Assembly: GCA_023458375.1 (NCBI GenBank)
Contig: JAEWZT010000002.1
Span: forward strand, 72,463-136,462
Source: Bacillota bacterium
GTDB lineage: Bacteria > Bacillota > Clostridia > Christensenellales > CAG-314
DNA: 64,000 bases
Direction: 5' to 3'
In this document: one piece after another, positions 1 through 8,882 of the stretch
Position numbering within the stretch: position 1 is the stretch's first letter
Layout of the letters: each line of letters starts with the position of its first letter
Program-made: the position numbers and the translations under genes
The notes under the pieces: model-generated
Seen by the model: only the letters and a program-made list of their open reading frames with translations
Databases searched by the model: none
Told to the model about the DNA's origin: nothing

Positions 1-214
1 CGATAAGCGTTGCGAAAAGCCCCAGCGCCATACCCGAAAAAGCGTCAATAAACCACCTTTTCGCCAATGTTTTAACAACCTGCAAAAAGGTTTTTTTAGG
101 GGCGGGGGAATTATTGTCCGCGCTTTGCGCGCCCGCCGAGGCAAAGGGGTAAGTTGCGTTTTCTCCTTTGGGGGCGTTTGTTTGTGTTTGCGGCTTGTTT
201 TTATTTTTGTCCAT
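1..214 (-). CDS. membrane protein, N-terminal part only (gene runs off the window start)
   Basis: ATG at 214..212 preceded by AGGAAG. The frame is open to position 1 (MDKNKNKPQTQTNAPKGEN...KRWFIDAFSGMALGLFATLI), with a hydrophobic segment at the edge. It is absent from the ORF track because no stop lies in the window. Confidence 0.4.
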   Translation of the reverse strand, partial: MDKNKNKPQTQTNAPKGENATYPFASAGAQSADNNSPAPKKTFLQVVKTLAKRWFIDAFSGMALGLFATLI

Positions 215-232
215 ATAGGTCTTCCTTTTAGG

Positions 233-745
233 TTAAATAATTTTTATATGACAGCTTTTCATTACGGTTAAAGCGCTTTGGTGCAACTGGGGCGTAACCC
301 CCGCGCAGCAGTTTGCCTTTACAAAAATTTCCGCCTCGGAATAAAGGGCGCGTAATATTAACGCGTTGCTTATTACGCAAATGTCTGTGCATACGCCAAT
401 CAGTTCAATTTCTTCCACGTTTTTGCCAAGCGCCTTTTTCCACGCCAAATAGCCGAAATTGTCCTTTTCCACCTGCGCCGCCATAGGCAAAAATTTTTTT
501 AAAGCCTCAACCGTTTCCCAGCCCTCGCTTTTTGTAATACAATGGACTACGGGAAGGTAATTTCCTTCCCGCGTCTTTAAATAATTCTCCCCGTGGGTGT
601 CCTTTGTAAAAAAGAGTTTAAAGCCCTGTTTCAGCCTTATTTCTATTTCCTCTTTTACAAAGGGGACAACGGCTTTTGCCTGTTCGCTCCCTAAGCTTCC
701 CAATACAAAGTCGTTTTGCATATCCACTACGATAAGCGCTTTCAT
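233..745 (-). CDS. isochorismatase-family cysteine hydrolase (nicotinamidase-like)
   Basis: 170 aa. Shows the N-terminal VVDMQNDF Asp motif, a conserved Lys (FFTKDTH) and the catalytic Cys in GVCTDICV, which together typify this family. The start directly follows the pepF stop. Confidence 0.8.
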   Translation of the reverse strand: MKALIVVDMQNDFVLGSLGSEQAKAVVPFVKEEIEIRLKQGFKLFFTKDTHGENYLKTREGNYLPVVHCITKSEGWETVEALKKFLPMAAQVEKDNFGYLAWKKALGKNVEEIELIGVCTDICVISNALILRALYSEAEIFVKANCCAGVTPQLHQSALTVMKSCHIKII

Positions 746-2446
746 TTAATATTCCTTTTCAATAAACTCTTTTAAGTATCCTATCGCCTTTTTTACCGTG
801 CCCTCTTTAAAGGGGTTGCTTAAATTTGCGTAGTCAAGCAGCTCAAAGTAACCCTTGCTGCCTCCCGCGCGGCACAAATTGACGTATTCTTCCCACGCCT
901 TTTCTTTGTTTTGAAGATTTTTGCCGTAAAACTCGTAAGCGCCAAGCTGAGCCAAAGCGTAGTCAATGTAATAGAAGGGGTAAAGGAAAATATGCTGTTT
1001 CTGCATCCAAAAACCGCCTTTTTCCAAAAACTCGTTGCCGTCGTAGTCGCGCCAAGGCATATATTCCTTTTCAATTTTGCGCCATACTTCGCGTCTTTCC
1101 ATTATAGTCAATTTTGGATTTTTATAAACTTCGTGCTGGAACTCGTCCACCACGCACATATAGGGAATTGTAAACAGCGATTCTATGACGTGCGCGTAGC
1201 GCGCTTTGTCGGTAATCTCTTTGTCGCCGCCGTAAAAAGCGTCCTGCCAATAGGGGAAGGTAAACAGCTCCATTGACATAGAGTGTATTTCGTTTATTTC
1301 GCTTGTGGAAAAGCACTGACCCGAAAGGGGTAGCGCGCGGCTTGCCAAGTAGGCGTTAAAGCAGTGCCCCGCTTCGTGCGTTAAAACTCCTACGTCGGCT
1401 AAGGTACCGTTAAAGTTGCTGAAAATAAAGGGCGCTTTATAGTCGTCTAACGTTGTGCAGTAGCCCCCTAAGCGCTTGTTGGGTCTTGTTTCAAGGTCAA
1501 AGAGCTGATGCTTGACCATAAAGTCAAAAAATTCGCCCGTTTCATTGCTAAGCTTATGGTAAAGCGCCTGTGTTTTTATCACCATTTCCTGCGCCGTGCC
1601 TACGGGGTCGGCATTTCCGTCGGGGAAAATCAGTTTTTCGTCGTAATAGCTGAGTTTTTCCACATTAAGGCGCTTTGCCTGTTTTTTAGCCAGTTCGCTG
1701 CATAAAGGCGTAACAATTTCTTTTATTTGGCGGCGGAAGTTTGCGACGTCTTCCTGATTGTAGTCGTATCTTTGGCGGTCTAAGTATTTGTAGTCTGTGT
1801 AGTTATCAAACCTAAGGCGCTTTGCCATTCTCGCGCGTATTTTTACAAGCTTGCAGTAAATTTCTTCAATTTCCGCCGACACCTTTTGATAGAGCGCCGC
1901 CCACGCCTCAAACGCTCCTTTTCGCATCTGTCTGTCGGTGCTTTCCATAAATTTGAGTAAACCGTAAAAGTTGCATTCTTTGCCGTTAAACTCCGTTTTT
2001 GCGGAAGCGACGGTTTTGGAATACTGCATTGTAAGCCCGCTTTCTTTAATGCTGTCGGGGATATTGAACACCGAAAGAAGTTTTGACTGCTCTTCAATAT
2101 TTTTGATATAAATGCGCCCGTATTTTTCCTCTAAGTTTTTCTTAAAAGGCGAAGCCAAAATAGCCTTGTTTGATTTTTGGTTAACGGGCATAAGTTTTGC
2201 GATTTCTTTGTTGTAATACTTTAATTCCTCTTCATAAAACTTGTCGGCGGTGTTCATATCGTAGCGGATATGCGCTAAGCTGTAACTTGTGGACATGTGC
2301 CTTGTGATTTCCTCCCCTTTAAGCAGCGCGGCGTCCGCTTCCTCAAAGGTTTTTGCCAAAGAAAACTCTTTAATAGAGGCTAGCAGCTCTTTTTTCGCCG
2401 CCGCCACATCAAAGCGTTTATACTCCAAGTCGGAAAAAAGTTTCAT
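746..2446 (-). CDS. pepF: M3-family oligoendopeptidase F
   Basis: 566 aa with the HEAGH zinc-binding motif, and length and sequence typical of PepF/M3B. AGGAGGG RBS upstream. Confidence 0.9.
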   Translation of the reverse strand: MKLFSDLEYKRFDVAAAKKELLASIKEFSLAKTFEEADAALLKGEEITRHMSTSYSLAHIRYDMNTADKFYEEELKYYNKEIAKLMPVNQKSNKAILASPFKKNLEEKYGRIYIKNIEEQSKLLSVFNIPDSIKESGLTMQYSKTVASAKTEFNGKECNFYGLLKFMESTDRQMRKGAFEAWAALYQKVSAEIEEIYCKLVKIRARMAKRLRFDNYTDYKYLDRQRYDYNQEDVANFRRQIKEIVTPLCSELAKKQAKRLNVEKLSYYDEKLIFPDGNADPVGTAQEMVIKTQALYHKLSNETGEFFDFMVKHQLFDLETRPNKRLGGYCTTLDDYKAPFIFSNFNGTLADVGVLTHEAGHCFNAYLASRALPLSGQCFSTSEINEIHSMSMELFTFPYWQDAFYGGDKEITDKARYAHVIESLFTIPYMCVVDEFQHEVYKNPKLTIMERREVWRKIEKEYMPWRDYDGNEFLEKGGFWMQKQHIFLYPFYYIDYALAQLGAYEFYGKNLQNKEKAWEEYVNLCRAGGSKGYFELLDYANLSNPFKEGTVKKAIGYLKEFIEKEY

Positions 2447-2663
2447 TAAAAGTCCCTCCTAATTTTTATACGTATACAATTTTAGCATTATTTTTTTATT
2501 TTTACAATATATAACATCTTTTTAGTCCGCCATTATTTAATGTTAAGTCAATACTTTTTTAAAGAAAAGTTTGCGGCATTTTGTTTAGCGGTTGAGTTTA
2601 TAAATAATGTGATATAAAAAGCCGCTTAAAAGTTAGGAGGTATTTTTTCTTATTTAAATAGAG

Positions 2664-2692
2664 AACAAAAAAACAGCCGCTTTAAGCGGCGA
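2664..2692 (-). terminator. Rho-independent terminator downstream of the MATE gene
   Basis: GCCGC-TTTAA-GCGGC hairpin (2676-2690) followed on the minus strand by a T-run (A-run 2666-2673 on plus). Confidence 0.6.
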
Positions 2693-2792
2693 TAAATAAA
2701 ATAAAATTCAAAATGAGTTAAAATTACGGCTGACTAAGCATTTAAAGTAATAAAAACAATTTATATAAAAAAGCAAACGCTTTTGCCCTATG

Positions 2793-4289
2793 TTACAGTT
2801 CCCCTGCGTCAATGTCCTCTTTGGGCACAAAACCCTTGGGGACGGTAAGCACGCCCTTCCATTTTTTTACGATAAAATATATCATAAACAATAAAAAGTT
2901 TAACGTCCAGGACACGGGGTAAATCATAAAGAGCATATCGGGGGTATGCCATATTTTAACGGCGGTATAAAGCCAGGTAAGCCTTGTGCCCAAAATGCCC
3001 GCCGCGGAAAGGGAAGCGGATATCCCCGTTTTGCCCAGTCCCCTAAGCGTGCCCGCAAGCACTTCGGTAAGACCGAAAAGGGCGTAAAAGGGCATTATAT
3101 AAGATACCGCCATAGCGCCGTAGTGCAGCACAGTTTCGTGGTCGTTAAAAATAGAAACGAGTTCCCTTCTGAAAATTACCGTCGGAATAATTATTAAAAC
3201 CGCCGTGCCCAAAGTAAGCGCACAGGCGGCGTAAACGCCCTTTTTGACCCTTTCTGGCTGCTTTGCGCCTATATTCTGCCCCACAAAGGTGTTTACGGCA
3301 ATGCCGAAAGACTGTATGGGGGAATAGGCTAAAATATCAATTTTGTTTGCGGCAACCCAACCTGCCATAACGTCGGAGCCGAAACTGCTCAAATTAGCTT
3401 GAAGCAAAATGTTGGCTATTGAATACATCACCGATTGCAGCCCCGCCGGAAACCCAAGCGCAAAGATTTTTTTGACCTCGTCAAAATCAATTTTAAAATG
3501 CTTAAAGGAAAGCCTTGCGGGCGACTTAATGAACAAAAGAGTAATTAAAACAAGCGCCGCGCTTACCGCCTGCGCTATTACCGTTGACCACGCCGTAGCA
3601 ACTATTCCGAGGCGCAAATATGCAACCCAGTAAAGGTCTATGCCCACGTTTGTAACCGCGCCTATAATAAGGTAAACCAAAGGCAAAACCGAATTGCCCA
3701 TCGCGCGCAAAATTGAGGCGCCCATATTATAAAACATCACGGGCACAACGCCTAAAAAATATATCTGCAAATAAACGGTGGAATACTCAATGACGTCTGC
3801 CGGGCAGTCAATAAGCTCCAAAATGGGGCGCGCCAAAAGATAGCCCGCCACCGACATTACCGCGCCGAAAATCAAAGAAATAATTATGATATTGTGGACG
3901 GCTTTTGTAACTTTGCCTTCCTGCTTTGCGCCGTAGTATTGCGCGACCAAAACGCCGCCCCCCGCGCCCAGCCCCAAAAATAAGCCTAAAAGCAAGTTGA
4001 TGATGGTATTGTTTGTGCCTACCGCCGCAAGCGCCTCTTTGCTGATAAACCTGCCCACCATTACGGCGTCCGCCAGGTTGTAAGTTTGCTGAAACAAATT
4101 GGTAAGAAGAATAGGTATTGTAAAAATTACAAGCTTTTTGAAAATATTACCCTCGGCGAGGGTATTTTTAATTTTGGGCTTTGTCTTTTTAACTAGTATT
4201 TCGCCCTCTTGCGCAGCGTCTTCCCCTGCGTTATTAAGCTCCGCAGTATTTTCCTCCGCACCTACGGCAACGGATTTTTCTTCTTCCAT
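2793..4289 (-). CDS. MATE family efflux transporter with an acidic N-terminal extension
   Basis: 498 aa, 12-TM-type hydrophobic profile, MATE-like repeat halves, and about 45 aa of acidic N-terminal extension. Confidence 0.9.
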   Translation of the reverse strand: MEEEKSVAVGAEENTAELNNAGEDAAQEGEILVKKTKPKIKNTLAEGNIFKKLVIFTIPILLTNLFQQTYNLADAVMVGRFISKEALAAVGTNNTIINLLLGLFLGLGAGGGVLVAQYYGAKQEGKVTKAVHNIIIISLIFGAVMSVAGYLLARPILELIDCPADVIEYSTVYLQIYFLGVVPVMFYNMGASILRAMGNSVLPLVYLIIGAVTNVGIDLYWVAYLRLGIVATAWSTVIAQAVSAALVLITLLFIKSPARLSFKHFKIDFDEVKKIFALGFPAGLQSVMYSIANILLQANLSSFGSDVMAGWVAANKIDILAYSPIQSFGIAVNTFVGQNIGAKQPERVKKGVYAACALTLGTAVLIIIPTVIFRRELVSIFNDHETVLHYGAMAVSYIMPFYALFGLTEVLAGTLRGLGKTGISASLSAAGILGTRLTWLYTAVKIWHTPDMLFMIYPVSWTLNFLLFMIYFIVKKWKGVLTVPKGFVPKEDIDAGEL

Positions 4290-4298
4290 AGCCAGCTA

Positions 4299-4327
4299 AT
4301 ATTATACCCGCGCCGACATTAAGTCAA
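4299..4327 (-). promoter_or_regulatory. sigma-A type promoter of the MATE gene, very short leader
   Basis: Minus strand TTGACT (4327-4322), 17 nt, TAATAT (4304-4299), with an overlapping TATAAT at 4306-4301. Only 9 nt separate it from the ATG at 4289 and there is no SD. Confidence 0.5.
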
Positions 4328-4697
4328 GGCTAAACGCACCGAATTTTTCCAAATTCATACGCGGGAAAATCCTTAATTTTTTGCGCGTTTTCCGCCGTCT
4401 TTTTTTATTGGGAAAGCTAATTTTTTATCCCTTTTTTATTTTAAAAGCTTACAATATTTTGCTTGTTTTTACTTGGTAAATATTGTTTCACATTTAACTT
4501 TTAGCCCTGTTTGCTTCCTATAATCTGCGTATTTGAGTTTACGCCAATAAGGTAATATTTTTCAAAACTAATAAAGCCTTGCTTATGATTTCAAGCTTTT
4601 CGCGCTTTTTTTCTTTAAAAAACCTATGTTTTTATATTCCATTTAAATTACGGATACAGGCGCTTTTTTGTTAATTACATTGCTTGGCGAAAAGACC

Positions 4698-4727
4698 ATA
4701 AAAAAATAAAGGGCAAAAGCCCTTTAT
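4698..4727 (-). terminator. Rho-independent terminator ending the ABC exporter transcription unit
   Basis: AAAGGGC-AAAA-GCCCTTT hairpin (4708-4725), followed on the minus strand by a T-run. Confidence 0.7.
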
Positions 4728-4985
4728 TACATGCGATTATTTTATTATTATTTGTTTGGCGTTGGCACGCCGTTTATAAGCGACCACTCGCCCGCCCAAT
4801 AGACGGGGCGGTTATCACGATTCCAAGAATTGTCCTACCCTCAAATTGCAAAACAATTTGCAAGGGCAAGCACGCTTGCCGTGCGCGCCCGTAAAGAGGA
4901 GAGCGGCGAGTTTATTAAAAATAAATGACCGAAGCCCGCCCCAAGGCAGTTAACGCAGCATCGCGCCCTTTGGCGCGGTCTGCAT

Positions 4986-6911
4986 TTATTCCAGCTCCAA
5001 CATGCCTGTGTAAAGCTCGTAGTATTTGCCTTTTTTGGCTAAAAGGCTTGCGTGGTCGCCGCGCTCAATTATCTTGCCTTTGTCAAGCACCATTATGGCG
5101 TCGGCGTTTCTTACGGTGCTAAGCCTGTGCGCTATTACAAACACCGTGCGCCCCTCCATAAGGCTGTCCATGCCCTTTTCAATGTGGCTTTCGGTGCGGG
5201 TGTCAATACTGCTTGTCGCTTCGTCCAAAATCAATACCGGCGGGTCGGCGACGGCTGCGCGCGCTATGCTTATAAGCTGGCGCTGCCCCTGCGAAAGGTT
5301 TGCGCCGTCGGAGGTAAGCATCGTGTCGTATTTTTCCGGCAGGTGGGAAATAAAGAAGTCGGCGTTGGCAAGCTTTGCCGCGGCAATGCACTGTTCGTCT
5401 GTTGCTTCAAGGTTTCCGTAGCGGATATTTTCCATAACAGTGCCCGTAAAGAGGTGGGTATCTTGAAGAACTATTGAAAGGCTGCGCCTTAAATCGTCCT
5501 TTTTAATGTCGTTGATATTTATGCCGTCATACTGTATTTTTCCGTCGGGCACGTCGTAAAAGCGGTTTATAAGGTTTGTTATGGTGGTTTTGCCCGCGCC
5601 GGTAGCGCCTACAAAGGCAATTTTTTGCCCCTTGTGGGCATACAGCGACACGCCGTGAAGCACCGTCTTGTTTTCCTCGTAACCGAAAGTTACTTTTTCA
5701 AAGACGACTTCCCCCTTTAAGCGCACAAGCTTTTCTTCCCCTTCCTGCAAAACCTTCCATGCCCAAATCCCCGTTTTTTCCGCCGTTTCCGTTAAATTTC
5801 CATTTTCGTCTTGGTAAGCGTTGCAAAGCGTCACCTTGCCTTCGTCCACTTCTTTTTGCTCGTCAAGCAGATTGAATATTCTTTCGCTTCCCGCAAGCCC
5901 GTGGAAGATGCTGTTAAACTGCTGCGATATATTTGTAATGGGCATTGAAAAACGGCGCGAATATTCCAGATACGTTACCAAAGAGCCTACGGAAAAGGCT
6001 ATGCCCAAAAAGGGCGTTCCCGCCTTACCCGCCATGACCATCAACGTGCCCAAAACAACAGTAAGGGCGTAAAAGATGTGGGCGGTATTGCCCATTACGG
6101 GCATTAAAATATTGGCGTAGGTATTTGCCTTGGTGGAATTGGCTTGGTGCTGTTCGTTGAGCTTGTCAAAGTCTTTTTTTACAAAGCGTTCGTGGTTAAA
6201 TACCTTTACGACTTTTTGACCCTCTACAAGCTCTTCAATTTCCCCGTTTATCGCCGCCAAAGATTTTTGCTGCGCCGAATAGTTTTTGCGGCTTTGCTTG
6301 CCGATTATGTTAATTATAACAATGTTTACGCCCACCTGCACAAAGCCAACCAAAATAAGCAGCGGGTTAAGCAAAATCATTGCCGTCAAAAAGCCCGCTA
6401 TCGTTACAAAGGAAGATATAAGCTGGGGCAAAGCGCGGGTAATAAGCTCGCGCAGGCTGTCTACGTCGTTGCTGTATACGCTCATTATGTCGCCGTGCGT
6501 TCTCGTGTCAAAAAATTTTATGGGCAGTTCTTCCATGTGGAAAAATACGTCGCGCCTTATATCGCGCAGCACCTTTGCGGAAATGCCCACCATAATTCTG
6601 CTGTAACCGTATTGGCAGGCTGTGCCTACAATGTAAATCGCGCCCATTAAAATGATATACCCCATTAGGTTTGCCGTTTGGGGGCTGTCAAGCAATTCGT
6701 CAATTAAAGGCTTCATCAGGTAAGTGCCCGCTATATTCGCCAAAGCCGCTACTGCAACGAACAGACAAACTATTATTAACTGAAAAGTAAAGGGTTTGAG
6801 GTAAGAAAACAGCATTTTAAGCGTTCTTTTGGTGTCTTTGGGCTTGCCCGAACGCATAAGTCCCGGTCCGCGTCCGCCGCCCCCCGCTCCGCCGGCAAAA
6901 GGTCCTCTCAT
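4986..6911 (-). CDS. ABC transporter permease/ATP-binding protein (exporter half-transporter, second subunit)
   Basis: 641 aa. Has a Gly-rich N-terminus, a 6-TM domain, Walker A GATGAGKTT, signature LSQGQRQ and Walker B ILDEATS. Confidence 0.9.
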   Translation of the reverse strand: MRGPFAGGAGGGGRGPGLMRSGKPKDTKRTLKMLFSYLKPFTFQLIIVCLFVAVAALANIAGTYLMKPLIDELLDSPQTANLMGYIILMGAIYIVGTACQYGYSRIMVGISAKVLRDIRRDVFFHMEELPIKFFDTRTHGDIMSVYSNDVDSLRELITRALPQLISSFVTIAGFLTAMILLNPLLILVGFVQVGVNIVIINIIGKQSRKNYSAQQKSLAAINGEIEELVEGQKVVKVFNHERFVKKDFDKLNEQHQANSTKANTYANILMPVMGNTAHIFYALTVVLGTLMVMAGKAGTPFLGIAFSVGSLVTYLEYSRRFSMPITNISQQFNSIFHGLAGSERIFNLLDEQKEVDEGKVTLCNAYQDENGNLTETAEKTGIWAWKVLQEGEEKLVRLKGEVVFEKVTFGYEENKTVLHGVSLYAHKGQKIAFVGATGAGKTTITNLINRFYDVPDGKIQYDGININDIKKDDLRRSLSIVLQDTHLFTGTVMENIRYGNLEATDEQCIAAAKLANADFFISHLPEKYDTMLTSDGANLSQGQRQLISIARAAVADPPVLILDEATSSIDTRTESHIEKGMDSLMEGRTVFVIAHRLSTVRNADAIMVLDKGKIIERGDHASLLAKKGKYYELYTGMLELE

Positions 6912-6913
6912 AG

Positions 6914-8662
6914 CTACACCTCCTTGCTTTGGGAAGTGTAGACTTCCCTGTATATTTCCGAGCGCTGCAAAAGTTCCTTGTGGCTGCCTACGTCAACTAT
7001 TTCTCCCTTGTCAAGCACGACAATTTTGTCTGCTGAGGAAACGGAGGCTATTCTTTGCGCAATTATAATTTTAGTTACGTCGGGAAGCTCGTTGGCAAAG
7101 GTTTCCCTTATCTTTTCATCGGTTTTTGTGTCAACGGCGCTTGTGGAGTCGTCCATAATGATAATTTTTGGGTTTTTAAGCAGCGCCCGCGCTATGCAAA
7201 GCCTTTGCTTTTGCCCGCCCGAAAGGTTGACGCCCCCCTGCCCCAAAACAGTGTCGTAGCCGTTGGGAAAAGACATTATAAAGTCGTGCGCGCAGGCTTT
7301 TTTGCAGGCGTCTACAACTTGCCCGTCGGTGGCGTTTACGTCGCCCCAGCGCATATTCTCGGCGATTGTGCCGCTAAACAAAACGTTCTTTTGAAGCACC
7401 ATTGAAACGGCGTCTCTTAAAGTTCCGTAGTCGTAGCTCCTTACGTCCTTGCCGCCCACCATAACGGCGCCGCCGTCAACATCATATAGGCGGGGGATTA
7501 GCTGCACAAGGGTAGATTTTCCTTCGCCCGTGCCGCTTATGACACCCACCGTTTCGCCGCTGTTTATTTTAAGGTTGATATTTTTTAAAATTAATTTGTC
7601 CTCGTCGTTAGCGTAAGAAAAGTTTACGTTGTCAAACACTATGCTGCCGTCAGCGGGGGTTTCCTTGTCGCTGCCGTTTTCCATCTCCGACCGGGTGTTG
7701 AGCACCTCGCAAATACGCCCTATGCTTGCCTTGCTTGTAACAAAGGTTGCCGCCATCATAGCCAGCATAAGCAAACTGTTGAGCATTTGCACGGCATAAG
7801 TAATCATTGCCGACAGGTCGCCTACCTTTAAGCCGCCCTTAATAACAAGCGCACCGCCGAAACCTACTATCGCAAGCTTGCAGCCATACATTATTAGCTG
7901 CATTACGGGCATTAAAAGCACCATCATTCGTTCGGCGGAAATTGACCAGCCCATCAAACGGTTTATATTTTCGGCAAAAGTTTCTTTTTCGTGGTCTTCG
8001 CGCACGAAAGACTTGACGACCCTTATGTTGATAAGGTTTTCCTGCACCTTGCCGTTTAGCTCGTCGTAGCCTTGAAGCATTTTTCTAAAACGCGGAAACG
8101 CCTTAGAAAGCGTAATGGCGGCAGTCAAAACAATTAAAGGTATTGCTACCGCAAAGACGATTGCAAGTTCGCCGTTCATGTTAAACGCCATTAAAGTCGC
8201 CATAACAAACATTAAAGGCGAGCGCACAAGCGTTCTAATTAGCTGCATATAAGCCATCTGCACGTTTGAAACGTCGGTGGTGCAGCGCGTAACAAGCGAG
8301 GCGGTAGAAAACTTGTCAATGTTGCCGAAAGAGAAATCTTGAATCTTGTAAAAAAGGCTTCTTCTCAAATTCTTACTGAAACCCACGCTTGCGGCGGCGG
8401 CAAAATACGCCGAAAGCATGCCGCAGATTAGGGAACCCGCCGCCATTAAAACCATGTAAAGCCCCTGGGTCAAAATGTCTTTCATAAGGGGGATATCCCC
8501 CGCTTGCAGCAAGTTGACTATTCCCGCCATTGTCTTGGGAATAAAGACTTCAAGCACCACTTCGCCTATCATAAACAGAGGTGAAAGAATGCTTTGCGCG
8601 ACGAACCCTTTTGCGTTAGCCAGTAAGTCAAAGAGAGAACCCTTTGTCTTAGCTTTTACCAT
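6914..8662 (-). CDS. ABC transporter permease/ATP-binding protein (exporter half-transporter, first subunit)
   Basis: 582 aa. TM domain plus an NBD with GTGEGKST, LSGGQKQR and IMDDSTS. The stop is TAG at 6914-6916 and the gene is adjacent to its partner, suggesting a heterodimeric exporter. Confidence 0.9.
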   Translation of the reverse strand: MVKAKTKGSLFDLLANAKGFVAQSILSPLFMIGEVVLEVFIPKTMAGIVNLLQAGDIPLMKDILTQGLYMVLMAAGSLICGMLSAYFAAAASVGFSKNLRRSLFYKIQDFSFGNIDKFSTASLVTRCTTDVSNVQMAYMQLIRTLVRSPLMFVMATLMAFNMNGELAIVFAVAIPLIVLTAAITLSKAFPRFRKMLQGYDELNGKVQENLINIRVVKSFVREDHEKETFAENINRLMGWSISAERMMVLLMPVMQLIMYGCKLAIVGFGGALVIKGGLKVGDLSAMITYAVQMLNSLLMLAMMAATFVTSKASIGRICEVLNTRSEMENGSDKETPADGSIVFDNVNFSYANDEDKLILKNINLKINSGETVGVISGTGEGKSTLVQLIPRLYDVDGGAVMVGGKDVRSYDYGTLRDAVSMVLQKNVLFSGTIAENMRWGDVNATDGQVVDACKKACAHDFIMSFPNGYDTVLGQGGVNLSGGQKQRLCIARALLKNPKIIIMDDSTSAVDTKTDEKIRETFANELPDVTKIIIAQRIASVSSADKIVVLDKGEIVDVGSHKELLQRSEIYREVYTSQSKEV

Positions 8663-8882
8663 TTGTTTTATATACTTCCTTATCTTTATAGCAAATTATT
8701 ATAAGGGCTACAAATATTTATTGCCTTGCAACAAATACTTTAACCCTTCCGCCTTTACTTAAAGTTTTTTAATCTTTAAGATTTTGACATCTTAAACACA
8801 AAAAACGTCAACTAAATTGTATTGCACCGTCAAACATTAGTCAATTGAAAAAATTCTTTAAACTAGAAATTTAACAGAAATT

